Below are positions 12,117 through 24,122 of a DNA stretch of 56,072 nucleotides, one piece after another. The position numbers were made by a program, and so were the translations under genes. The DNA comes from Octopus bimaculoides (Eukaryota). The DNA lies in the NCBI RefSeq assembly GCF_001194135.2, contig NC_068984.1:74202575-74258646 (forward strand), written 5' to 3'. A model generated the notes under the pieces. That model saw only the letters and a list, made by a program, of their open reading frames with translations. It searched no databases and was not told the origin of the DNA. How positions within the stretch are numbered: position 1 is the stretch's first letter; each line of letters starts with the position of its first letter.

Positions 12117-12250
12117 GTGAAGGCGCAAGGTTTAGTGGTTAGAGCGTCGATCTTACGATCATGAGGTTGTCAGTTCGATTCCCGAACCGGGCTGTGTGTT
12201 GTGTTCTTGAGCAATGCACTGTATTTTCATGCATTTACGGCTCCGTTGGT
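12117..12250 (+). mobile_element. tRNA-headed SINE fragment
   Basis: A-box-like ggtttagtggttagagc and B-box-like agttcgattcccg, followed by gtgttgtgttcttgagcaa. Confidence 0.6.
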
Positions 12251-12947
12251 GGCTTACGAGCCCTGCTCTTGACAAGCATATACGACTGGAAACATTGCAA
12301 ACCAAGGTTTCCCCATTCTCTACACCACGAGTTCGCTTTCGAGCAGCACATTTAAGTTCTTCATGCAGAAGACGTGCTCTCTCAAAGGTGTAGACCCCGC
12401 TCCTTAACCTGCTTCTCCCATCTGTGGTGCTGACAGGCATTGCTCTCCCAGTCAGTCTCCGGCATATCACAGGCCCTTAATGAGGACTTGACACAGTCCT
12501 TAAATCACAGCCTTGGTTTCTGCTGGGGTTTCTTTCCATTAACAAGTTCCCCACATAACATCTGCTCAGGGATCCTGCTATTCTTCATTCTAATAAGGTG
12601 TCCAGTCCAACGTAACCAGTGCTTGTTCACCATCGCCTCAAGATATCAGCTGTCCTCAGGACCTGTATGTCTGGACTTTTTAAGGTCCAGCCAACATTCA
12701 GAATGTGTCTGAGACATCTCTGATAAAAGCATTCAAGGACCCTTACATGACGTTTGTAATGGGTCCATGTCTCACATGAATAAAGAAGCGATGTTAGTAT
12801 ACATGCACGGTACACAGCAATTTTTGTTTGCTTTGTGATGCCATGCTGGGACCAGACACGAGACTGAAAAGACCGGAAGGAATCAGTTGCTCTCTGCAGC
12901 CTGAAAGTTATTTCATCATCCAGGGAACAAGAACCAACAAATACCAC
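12250..12947 (-). mobile_element. RTE (BovB-like) LINE remnant, late RT to C-terminus
   Basis: SLDDEITFRLQRA...GITKQTKIAVYRACILTSLLYSCETWT...LECFYQRCLRHILNVGW and CNVSSRICLSRAGLVSHQRS. Confidence 0.85.
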
Positions 12948-13318
12948 TACTACTGCTGCTGATTATTACTACTTTGTCTCCTCCCACTCCCTTTCCTCCT
13001 ACCTGCACCCGCGTCGTCTGCATCACACCCTCACCTAGCTAAAACCCAGACGAGACTAACCTAACCTTCTTCTTCTTCTTCTTNNNNNNNNNNNNNNNNN
13101 NNNNNNNNNNNNNNNNNNNNNNNNNNNNNNNNNNNNNNNNNNNNNNNNNNNNNNNNNNNNNNNNNNNNNNNNNNNNNNNNNNNNNNNNNNNNNNNNNNNN
13201 NNNNNNNNNNNNNNNNNNNNNNNNNNNNNNNNNNNNNNNNNNNNNNNNNNNNNNNNNNNNNNNNNNNNNNNNNNNNNNNNNNNNNNNNNNNNNNNNNNNN
13301 NNNNNNNNNNNNNNNNNN

Positions 13319-13735
13319 AGGCCTGCAATCACTCTTGTTATCCAACAGAGTGCGCACATTCCAGCATGAAATGTTCAAGTTCCATCCAGATTTTATAAAT
13401 AAAAGTTTCTTTGTTTTTCGAGCGTAGGGTGGACATCCGCCAGTCGCGCTAAACTGACCAGATATAGAAAGATAGGCAATATTTGGTTCACCTATTCTAG
13501 AACTTCCTCGCCCTCCGGGTGAACAGTGCCCTTTCCAAATGGAGCTGCTCGGACACCCTGCAGAAACCGAATCCTACCGTTGTCTTCGGCGACAAGGAGA
13601 CGACTTTATATCTAGTATGGGCCGCCTACGTGCAGGTCGCTGACTACAGACTTCCAACCCATCAGGTCTGCATGCTTCACCACCTTCCCATAGTCGCAGG
13701 ACTTCCGAATAAAAATAAAATAAATATATACTAAA
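13319..13735 (-). mobile_element. RTE LINE 5-prime part: start of APE endonuclease plus probable 5-prime UTR
   Basis: LNISCWNVRTLLDNKSDCRP (13378-13319) matches the RTE N-terminal WNVRTLLD..RPERR motif. Assigning the upstream GC-richer segment as UTR is inference. Confidence 0.65.
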
Positions 13736-14504
13736 ATAAATAAATATATAAATATATACTAAAAATAAAGATACATATATACTGAGAATAAAATAAAGAC
13801 ATATAGGAAAAGAAAAGGCAGCAACACATATCGAGCTGAGGTCAGCAATGCCTGTGCAGAGTTTTAGGTCCAATAGGGTTTGCACGACACCTCATACACC
13901 CTCTCCCCGTTATTGAAATTATCCAGAGACAAGTCAAAACAAGATATCTGGTGCGAATATGAGTCGCAGGCTCAGGGATGTGGGAGCGCCATGATCTCTA
14001 ACACAACCCGAAGATCATCAACATGTCCAGTGCCATTCCCTGTATATCTGGTTTTATATCAGAGTGACCTTTTCCTAGAGACATGCTTCAACAGAAACTG
14101 AGGAGTGCCTCACTCCCAGTGGATTTTCAGCACGCCGGACAACATCCCGGAACTTCTGCGTGCTCGTGATATAGCTAGATAGCCGTTGAGCCTGCACTAG
14201 GAAAAGATAAAAGAACCACTAAAGTCCTTACTAAAACTTAAAGCTAAGGGAAGTGACTTTTGTTTGGACATTGGAACCTCTCACGGTCGTTTCGCCTGCT
14301 AGAAATAGCAACCCAAATGCTTTTAAATCAAATCCCAATGCTGGATGTTCAAGAACCAAATAAACGGCAGATTTTCAATCTCAGAATCATCCCGATTTCA
14401 AAAAGGTAAAATATGTCTATGTAGAGCAAACGGAGATTGAGATACAGGGGTCCCAGACGGACAGAGAGAATTTCGCTTTTATTAATATAGATATTGTAGA
14501 GCAT

Positions 14505-14895
14505 CAAGGAAGCGAGCTAACACAATAGTTACCATGTTACACAAATGCTTAGTGACATTTCTTCTGTCTTTACGCTGTGAGTTCAAATGCAGCCGTTTAT
14601 CCTTTCAGTGTTGACAAAATAAATATCAGTTGAACACTGGGGGTCGATATAACCAACTTAACCTCTGCCCTGAAACTGCTGATCTTGTGCCAAAATTTGA
14701 AACCAATATTATGAGGAACCAAGGCTGGGAGCTAACGGAATCGTTACTGCGCTGGACAAACGCTTAACAGCATTTCTTCCGTCTTTACCTTTTGAGCTCA
14801 AATCCCGCTGATGTCGACTTCGCCTTTTATCCGTTTGAGGTCGATAAAATAAAAACTAGTTCAGTGCTGGGATCGATGTAGTTGATTAGCAGCCT
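14505..14895 (+). mobile_element. Two tandem SINE-A copies
   Basis: Two successive gagttcaaat...tatcctttcagtgttgacaaa / cgccttttatccgtttgaggtcgataaaa units. Confidence 0.75.
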
Positions 14896-14899
14896 CGCA

Positions 14900-15510
14900 T
14901 AAAATGTGATGGAGCTTACGGTGGAAGTGTTATCAAACCATTGCACATCCGGGTTAAGGAACACCTCTATACACGTGCTTCTTCCATGAGAAATAGCCTG
15001 CGGAAATGCCTCACCTAAGACATCCAGGTCTCCGTTGAAACAAGATGAAACATTTAGAAGTGGAGAATAAAAGAGACCATTATCATTAGCAAGATCAAGC
15101 CCCCAAAACAACACACTTCTCACCGCTAAGTGAGACACTAAGCATAACTACAGGCAGACAAATGCCCGGAATTCAGTGGAGAATTCTTGTTCGAAAAACG
15201 AAACCCAAACAAGCCCCCACTGAAACCCCAAAAACAAACGTCTTGTAGTTGAGCTTCACTTAATTCAATTATTCGCCACGCTGCAAACCAACTTCGCGAC
15301 TTCTCTCAATGCAAAGAAAAACACTGACATGCGCAGTGGGGAAGCAAGAAAAGTCTTCTGAAGAGAAGCAACGAAGGAAATTCGAACATTTCATTTGACC
15401 AAAAATTAAATGGAAATACAAGAGAGAGGATGAGTTTATTTGATCTTTAAGACTTATGGTGACAGCCCAGAACATATTTCGGTCTCATGAGACCTCTTCG
15501 GTGAACCATT
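14900..15510 (+). mobile_element. Penelope-like retroelement remnant (GIY-YIG endonuclease C-terminus plus terminal repeat region)
   Basis: KCDGAYGGSVIKPLHIRVKEHL...KWRIKETIIISKIKP resembles PLE GIY-YIG (C..YIG.T.R.L..R..EH...R.IKE...I....P); contains in-frame stops. Confidence 0.65.
15464..15507 (-). ncRNA. Degenerate minimal type I hammerhead-ribozyme-like motif (PLE-associated)
   Basis: ggttca CCGAAGA GGTCTC-AT-GAGACC GAAA tatgttc tgggct: core with U4C, perfect stem II palindrome, stem I with G-U pairs, imperfect stem III. Confidence 0.4.
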
Positions 15511-16001
15511 TTCTAACACAGAGCTACAAGAACACACAATGATTTGTAAAGAATACAATTTGGGTAGCAAACACACCCCTTAATGATTTTTCTTCTCATT
15601 ACAAGTAGAATATCAATTGTTAAAAACATCTTTTCAGATCAGCAGATTAAGAATGACAAATTGCACTTAAGTATATGTTTTTTATGGAGAAGGCAACCTT
15701 GGAAATGCACTTACTCAAGAAGGGACGCACAAAGGTCGAACCAGAGAGCTCACAATTTTGTATCGAACTTCTAAACACTCGGCTACGCCTGCATCCGATT
15801 GCTTTGTGATTACCTCAAACACAGCCATTCATATACCTCCCTTTAACAGACACACACATATCCTACCAGTTTGTTATCACCCCTTACTTCTTTATTCATT
15901 TATCACCCTTTCCTTTCTCATTCATATGTTGTGACGGAGAAAAACACAAGAGTATTATTATAGTAGAAGATTATTTTTCTCATATCTCATTCTCCTCCTT
16001 G

Positions 16002-16036
16002 TGCGCATGCGCAACATCTTTGGTTACTATGGAAAC
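16002..16036. promoter_or_regulatory. NRF1-type palindrome plus RFX X-box, candidate promoter
   Basis: TGCGCATGCGCA at 16002-16013 and GTTACTATGGAAAC at 16023-16036 (fits GTHNYY-AT-RRNAAC exactly), 9 bp apart. Confidence 0.5.
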
Positions 16037-16849
16037 AAACTTTTCCGCGACGGTGGTGTGTAAAACACTCGCTTCTGATTGACTAAAATGCCCAAATATT
16101 GCAAATTTTAAAGGCTAATCCCTTTTTAATTATGGATTTAGAGGGAAAATGAATTTCATTTTCATAATTAGTATACAAAACTTAATCCATATACCAAATT
16201 TGAAAACAATTGGAACAAAATTGTAAACAGAGACGAAAACCACAAAGGTCCGAAAGCAAAGCACTGGAGTCGGTTTGTTAGACGTAAATCTCTCTGAGTG
16301 CTGACCCAGCATGGCTGCAATCCAATGATTGAAACAAGTAAACGACAAAAATTTAAGAGATTAAGTTTCAACGCGTAGAACTAAGAACGTCCGCCTTCAC
16401 TGGTTTTAGTAAAAATTACTCATTTCCGTTTTGTGTTCTGCTTTCACTTCGCTGATTTTCGTGGCAGATTTTTGAAGAAATTCCGGTAAGGGGCGGGAGC
16501 ATACAAAGAGTTGCAATTTTGATATATAACTGGAGATTTTATTTGTCATATGCAGTGAAGTAGACTGTTATTGTGAATGATGATGATTATGTGAGATACA
16601 CTATAATGTGTTTCACATTCAGTTTCACGGTTTATTTATGTGGTATAAATAGCAGCTAAATATAAGAATCTATGTATTGTAAAGTACTATATATATTAAG
16701 TATGCCATTGGTTTTGTGGTTTATTTGTATGGAAATATATAAATATAAACTGTAATAATGAAAGTAAATACCTACGTACGTCACATGTAGTGTATAATAT
16801 ATATGAGTGTATGAATGTATATATGTATGACAAACAGCAACTATATATT

Positions 16850-16923
16850 GTGGTTTACTTATTGGTTTTTGTGGTTTAGTTATTTGTTATTGTGGTTTAG
16901 TTATTGGTTTTTAGGGTTTAGGT
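16850..16923 (+). repeat. 21-bp minisatellite, about 3.5 copies
   Basis: gtggtttacttattggttttt / gtggtttagttatttgttatt / gtggtttagttattggttttt / agggtttagg. Confidence 0.75.
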
Positions 16924-17112
16924 GTATATATGTGTATATATATATATAGCGACTCAGTGTATGTGTATATGTATGTATACACGTGTGTATGTATATACGT
17001 CCGTAAGTCTTATGAATGTATCTGTAGTAAATTACTGTATTTAGTATTTTATTATTAGTTTTGAGGTTTACGTGTATACACAGACTGAGAGAGAGACACA
17101 CACACATATATG

Positions 17113-17192
<80 letters not shown>

Positions 17193-17262
17193 NNNNNNNN
17201 NNNNNNNNNNNNNNNNNNNNNNNNNNNNNNNNNNNNNNNNNNNNNNNNNNNNNNNNNNNNNN

Positions 17263-17318
<56 letters not shown>

Positions 17319-17542
17319 ATACATACGTACATACACATATATACATAAATACAAGCATACATAAGTGAGAGACAAATGCAAAATAAAGTACAATATAATG
17401 TGATGGATTATTAGTTCTCGGTTTATGTGTATGTACAAAGTGTAATACTACCTGAAAATATGTATGTACACATGTATGTATGTATGTATGTATGTATGTG
17501 TGTATGTATGCGTGTATGTATGCGTGTATGTATGCGTGTATG

Positions 17543-17576
<34 letters not shown>

Positions 17577-17882
17577 TGCATATGCATACACACAGATAAA
17601 CATATATGCGTATTTCTTTTATATACGTATATATATATATATACATACACACACACGCATATATATNNNNNNNNNNNNNNNNNNNNNNNNNNNNNNNNNN
17701 NNNNNNNNNNNNNNNNNNNNNNNNNNNNNNNNNNNNNNNNNNNNNNNNNNNNNNNNNNNNNNNNNNNNNNNNNNNNNNNNNNNNNNNNNNNNNNNNNNNN
17801 NNNNNNNNNNNNNNNNNNNNNNNNNNNNNNNNNNNNNNNNNNNNNNNNNNNNNNNNNNNNNNNNNNNNNNNNNNNNNNNNNN

Positions 17883-17917
<35 letters not shown>

Positions 17918-17929
17918 CACCAAAATTAC

Positions 17930-18716
17930 ATAAAATCACCTTGAAATACTAAAGAGTAAATTTATTCAATAAAATCACCATTGGCTTCACCCATAGCCTC
18001 CAGACGACTTCGGAATCTCTTGCAAGTCTTCTGGATGGTCTCCTTGTTTAAGGTGGTGAATGCTGCTATAATCCCTGCCTTCACATTATCTTCGGTGCTT
18101 TGTTGGTCTCTCGCTCAACTGCACTCCCCACATAATAATCAACGGGGTTGCAGTCTGGGTAGTTAGGTGGCCAGATTTTAGGCATGTTGTGGTGGCAAAA
18201 ATTGTCCGACACCCATGACTGGGTTCTCCTGTTTGTGTGACATGGTGCAGAATGCTGTTCCAGATATAGGGCCTTTTAACAGCCAACCTCTTGACCCAAG
18301 ACAGCACTACCTCCTGCAGGCACTTGATGTAGGCCTCCGTGCTGAGTCTGAGGCCGTGTGGAAAGATGATTGGAGGCTAACATCGCCATCACTAGTGATC
18401 AATCCAACAACACGATGTTGACTAGATGTTTGATCTTTATCACTCTCGGTACATGTTTTCGGGGCATGGTAAGCCAACGGTTGTTCTGTGTGTTCTTCAT
18501 CTGTTCGTAATGGCGCTTCCGGCGCGAATGCCAACAGTTACAGAATGTTGTTTTCAAATTTCTGGCAGAGACAATTGCACCATGGTGTTGTTTTTCTTAC
18601 AGACGATGCTCACCTGACCCTACTGTACAGTGTAGTCGAAAATCAAAAACGACCAAAGCGCATGCGTGAAATCAAAAATATAAAATAGCGACAAATCACC
18701 CATCGCAAACTGTATA
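17930..18716 (-). mobile_element. Decayed maT (DD37D) Tc1/mariner-superfamily transposon
   Basis: Frameshifted RPYIW..Q(D>H)SAPCHT...WPPNYPDCNPVDYYV, 37 residues between the second and third catalytic positions, and C-terminus LNKETIQKTCKRFRSRLEAMGEANGDFIE. A TA-flanked end lies near 18714. Confidence 0.8.
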
Positions 18717-18734
18717 TATATTTGTATATATGTA

Positions 18735-18793
<59 letters not shown>

Positions 18794-19761
18794 NNNNNNN
18801 NNNNNNNNNNNNNNNNNNNNNNNNNNNNNNNNNNNNNNNNNNNNNNNNNNNNNNNNNNNNNNNNNNNNNNNNNNNNNNNNNNNNNNNNNNNNNNNNNNNN
18901 NNNNNNNNNNNNNNNNNNNNNNNNNNNNNNNNNNNNNNNNNNNNNNNNNNNNNNNNNNNNNNNNNNNNNNNNNNNNNNNNNNNNNNNNNNNNNNNNNNNN
19001 NNNNNNNNNNNNNNNNNNNNNNNNNNNNNNNNNNNNNNNNNNNNNNNNNNNNNNNNNNNNNNNNNNNNNNNNNNNNNNNNNNNNNNNNNNNNNNNNNNNN
19101 NNNNNNNNNNNNNNNNNNNNNNNNNNNNNNNNNNNNNNNNNNNNNNNNNNNNNNNNNNNNNNNNNNNNNNNNNNNNNNNNNNNNNNNNNNNNNNNNNNNN
19201 NNNNNNNNNNNNNNNNNNNNNNNNNNNNNNNNNNNNNNNNNNNNNNNNNNNNNNNNNNNNNNNNNNNNNNNNNNNNNNNNNNNNNNNNNNNNNNNNNNNN
19301 NNNNNNNNNNNNNNNNNNNNNNNNNNNNNNNNNNNNNNNNNNNNNNNNNNNNNNNNNNNNNNNNNNNNNNNNNNNNNNNNNNNNNNNNNNNNNNNNNNNN
19401 NNNNNNNNNNNNNNNNNNNNNNNNNNNNNNNNNNNNNNNNNNNNNNNNNNNNNNNNNNNNNNNNNNNNNNNNNNNNNNNNNNNNNNNNNNNNNNNNNNNN
19501 NNNNNNNNNNNNNNNNNNNNNNNNNNNNNNNNNNNNNNNNNNNNNNNNNNNNNNNNNNNNNNNNNNNNNNNNNNNNNNNNNNNNNNNNNNNNNNNNNNNN
19601 NNNNNNNNNNNNNNNNNNNNNNNNNNNNNNNNNNNNNNNNNNNNNNNNNNNNNNNNNNNNNNNNNNNNNNNNNNNNNNNNNNNNNNNNNNNNNNNNNNNN
19701 NNNNNNNNNNNNNNNNNNNNNNNNNNNNNNNNNNNNNNNNNNNNNNNNNNNNNNNNNNNNN

Positions 19762-19794
<33 letters not shown>

Positions 19795-19889
19795 CATGCA
19801 TATATATATATTTATGTATATATGTATGTACTATATATTTATGTGTGTATAATATATACATACATACATATATTTGATTGTATATATAC

Positions 19890-19963
<74 letters not shown>

Positions 19964-20281
19964 GCATATGCATATATATATATGTATATACATATATATG
20001 CATATGTATGTGTTTGTGCATACACACACACACACACACACACGTAAATATAATGAATACGCACGTATGTGCAAACACCTTCACACACGCATTACCTTTT
20101 TAACTGTACCAGTCATTGGACTGCAGCCACAGCCGTTATTTTCTGTTAAGTCTGGGATTTATTCTCCAGGTCTCTGTTGACAAACCACTATAGGGACGTA
20201 AACAAAGCAACACGGTTTCAAGAAGTTGAATGTGGTGGACAGACGCACACATACATATATATGAACACAGATATGTGTATA

Positions 20282-20358
<77 letters not shown>

Positions 20359-20430
20359 TGTATACACATAAACAAGCATACAAACACCCACACACACACA
20401 CATACACACACACACATATATACACATTCT

Positions 20431-20478
<48 letters not shown>

Positions 20479-20479
20479 A

Positions 20480-20858
20480 TCTTCTATTTTTTTCAATCAC
20501 TAGACCGTGCCCATGCCAGGGCACTGCTTTGAAAAATTTTCAGTTGTATATATCGACCCCAATACTAATTTTTTGAAAGTTTGGTACTTATTCTGTCACT
20601 GTCGTTTGCCGAACCGGTAAACTTCGGGGACATAAACACACCAGCACTGGTTGTAAAAAACATTGTTGGGTGGACAAACACACACACCCACATTTATATG
20701 ACGGTCTTCTTTCAGTTTCTGTCTACCAAATCCGCTCAGAAGGCCTCAGTCGACCTGGAACTATAGAAGGAGACACTTGCCCAAGGTGCCATGCTGTGAG
20801 ACTGAACCCGGAACTATATAGTTGGGAAACAAACTCCTTACAACGCAGCCACGCCTTG
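20480..20858 (-). mobile_element. SINE-B (CORE-like, tRNA-derived) full copy; a further 3-prime fragment at 20105-20250
   Basis: Reverse complement of ggc(t)gtgtggtaag...gggttcagtc...ccttgggcaagtgtct...gtagacagaaactgaaaga...cagcatggc. Confidence 0.8.
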
Positions 20859-20955
20859 ATGCGTGCGTATACCTACACATGTCTATGTTTATGTATGTGT
20901 GTAAGTATGTGTTTTGTAAGTATGTATGTTTGTCTGTCTGTAAGTATATAAGTAA

Positions 20956-20993
<38 letters not shown>

Positions 20994-21602
20994 ATGTGTG
21001 TGTGTGTGTGTATACATACATAAGATAGATGTATATAAATACATGTGTATATATGTATGTCTATTTGCACATGTGTTTGCACTTACCTATGAATGCGACA
21101 GTGAATATGTTTGCGTATGTGTGTGTGGGAGAGAGAGAAAGAGAGAAGAGAAGGAGTAAGGGAGAAGATGGCGGTGTATAGGTAGTAGAGAAGGTGGGTG
21201 TGTATAAATGTTTTCCTTTTTGTTGTTTCTCCTTTAATATATTCGTAAACCAGCCCATCTACATTCTTTCATCACCCGCTCGCTTGCTTCGGTTAAACTA
21301 ACCCTCACTATGTCACACACCACAGCCACAAAGAAAATACAGGAGCGGACACGCACACGTATACACATGCAAAAGTTATACACACAAGGCATAAACAGCA
21401 GCATAAATACATACATATATACTAACACAAACGTATAAGTGCACGCAAATACACGGTCCTATCTTCTGTCTTATCTCTCCCCACCAACACTCATTCTATA
21501 CTTTACTTTTGCCTTTAGTTTTTTTCATTACCTGTAACCGTCTCAATCTAGTTTTACTACTCTCTCCTCTCTAACACTCTTTTCTTTCTTTCTTCCTCTC
21601 TG

Positions 21603-21663
<61 letters not shown>

Positions 21664-21677
21664 ATATATATATATAT

Positions 21678-21770
21678 ATTGCGTGACTTGGCTATGTGGT
21701 AAGTAGCTTGCTTACCAGCCACATGGTTCCGGGTTCAGTCCCATTGCGTGACATCTTGGGCAGGTGTCTT
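21678..21770 (+). mobile_element. SINE-B 5-prime head running into an assembly gap
   Basis: ggctatgtggtaagtagcttgcttaccagccacatggttccgggttcagtccc...ttgggcaggtgtctt. Confidence 0.85.
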
Positions 21771-22981
21771 NNNNNNNNNNNNNNNNNNNNNNNNNNNNNN
21801 NNNNNNNNNNNNNNNNNNNNNNNNNNNNNNNNNNNNNNNNNNNNNNNNNNNNNNNNNNNNNNNNNNNNNNNNNNNNNNNNNNNNNNNNNNNNNNNNNNNN
21901 NNNNNNNNNNNNNNNNNNNNNNNNNNNNNNNNNNNNNNNNNNNNNNNNNNNNNNNNNNNNNNNNNNNNNNNNNNNNNNNNNNNNNNNNNNNNNNNNNNNN
22001 NNNNNNNNNNNNNNNNNNNNNNNNNNNNNNNNNNNNNNNNNNNNNNNNNNNNNNNNNNNNNNNNNNNNNNNNNNNNNNNNNNNNNNNNNNNNNNNNNNNN
22101 NNNNNNNNNNNNNNNNNNNNNNNNNNNNNNNNNNNNNNNNNNNNNNNNNNNNNNNNNNNNNNNNNNNNNNNNNNNNNNNNNNNNNNNNNNNNNNNNNNNN
22201 NNNNNNNNNNNNNNNNNNNNNNNNNNNNNNNNNNNNNNNNNNNNNNNNNNNNNNNNNNNNNNNNNNNNNNNNNNNNNNNNNNNNNNNNNNNNNNNNGTGT
22301 GTGTGTGTGTGTGTGTGGTTTTCTTTCTGTCTTCTGTCCTCTCATATTCCTCGCACGCGCATGGCAATTGTGTTTCAGTGGCGTCAGTGTTGTCCCCCCC
22401 CCCACGTCCTACCGCAATACTTTATATTTGTGAAGGTGTCTAAATTGTCTGTCTGTCTGTCCGTCTGTCTGTCTGCCCGTCTGTCTGTCCGTCTGTCTAT
22501 CTATTTAGCTGGCTGGCCAGTTGACTTTCTGGCGGGCTGGCTGACTAGTAGAATGTATGTATGTATGTATGTATGTATGTATGTATGTATGTGTGTATGT
22601 AGCTATGTATGTGCGTATGTACGCATGCATATATATATATATGTATATATTATGTATGCATGTTTCTATGTAGGTATGTGTATATGTATGATGGTCCTAC
22701 GTGTGTCAATATTTTCTCTCTATCTTTCTGTCGGTCTGTCCCTCTCTCTCTCTTTCTCTTTCTCTCGCTCTCTCCCCCCCCTCTCTCTCTCTTTCTCTCC
22801 GTACATATAATTACGTGTTCGTGTGTGCGCGCGTGCATGTTTCTCTGGGAAGAGTTATAAATATGCGGGCTCGTATGTAAATATGCATAAATGCTATGTA
22901 CTTACGTGTATATGTATGTTTGTATGTACGTACGTGCGTGCGTATGTAAGTATATATGCGCGTACGTATGCATGTATGTCA

Positions 22982-23019
<38 letters not shown>

Positions 23020-23386
23020 ATAAATATGTATGTATTTACGTATATGCGTATGTTTGTACATAAGCATATGTGTATGTAAGTTTATATGTAGAGAAGAGGT
23101 GTGCGAGAAACTGGTTAAGCCACGCCCCCGTTTGTCATTGCTGTTCTACAACTTATGACGCGTGGCCAACTCACGTCTCGCCTGTTTTTCTAGGCTTGGC
23201 CGTAGGTACGCAAGGCCAGATAATTCAGTACACTAAATAACAGGATCGTGCCTATTACATTGTGTACATACATACGTACATACATACACACGCACGTACA
23301 TACATACATACATACATACATACATACATACATACATACCACCCCTGCAAACAAATATATTCACACACACACACACAAACACACAG

Positions 23387-23417
<31 letters not shown>

Positions 23418-23465
23418 TACATGATATGAATGTGCGTGCGCCTGTCTCATTATTATATTATATAT

Positions 23466-23685
23466 AAGGCGGTGAGCTGGCTGAATTGTTAGCACGCCGG
23501 GCAAAATGCTTAGCGGCATTTCGTCCGTACTTACGTTCTCAGTTCAAATTCCGGCGAGGTCGACTTTGCCTTTCATCCTTTCCGGGTCGATACGATAAAT
23601 ACAAGTTATGAACTGGGGTCGATGAAATCGACTTACCCACTCCCGCTAAATATTCAGGCCTTGTGTCTATAGTAGAAAGGATTAT
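23466..23685 (+). mobile_element. SINE-A copy
   Basis: aaggcggtgagctggctgaattgttagcacgcc...gactttgcctttcatcctttccgggtcgat. Confidence 0.85.
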
Positions 23686-23725
23686 TACTTTGCACTTAAA
23701 AAAAAAGAGAAAAAAAAGCATTAAT

Positions 23726-23897
23726 TGGCGCAGGAGTAGCTGTGTGGTAAGTAGCTTCCTTACCAACCACATGGTTCCGGGTTCAGTCCCACTGCGTGGC
23801 ATCTTGGGTAAGTGTCTTCTACTATAACCTCGGGCCGACCAAAGCCTTGTGAGTGGATTTGGTAGACGGAAACTGAAAGAAGCCCGTCGTATATATG

Positions 23898-23928
<31 letters not shown>

Positions 23929-24122
23929 TTCTGTGTCTGTGTTCGTCCCCCTAGCATTGCTTGACAACCGATGCTGGTGTGCTTATGTCCCCGTAACCTA
24001 GCTGTTCGGCAAAAGAGACCGATAGAATAAGTACTAGGCTTACAAAGAATAAGCCCCGGGGTCGATTTGCTCGACTAAAGGCGGTGCTCCAGCATGACTG
24101 CAGTCAAATGACTGAAACGAGT
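23726..24122 (+). mobile_element. SINE-B full-length copy with internal (TA)n(TG)n microsatellite
   Basis: ggcgcaggagtagctgtgtggtaag...cttgggtaagtgtcttc...gaaagaagcccgtcg[TA/TG run]...ggcggtgctccagcatg.ctgcagtcaaatgactgaaac. Confidence 0.9.

Noticed and set aside
16911-16922. Telomere-like TTAGGGTTTAGG
   Set aside because: Only two imperfect units, explained as the decayed end of the 21-bp minisatellite.
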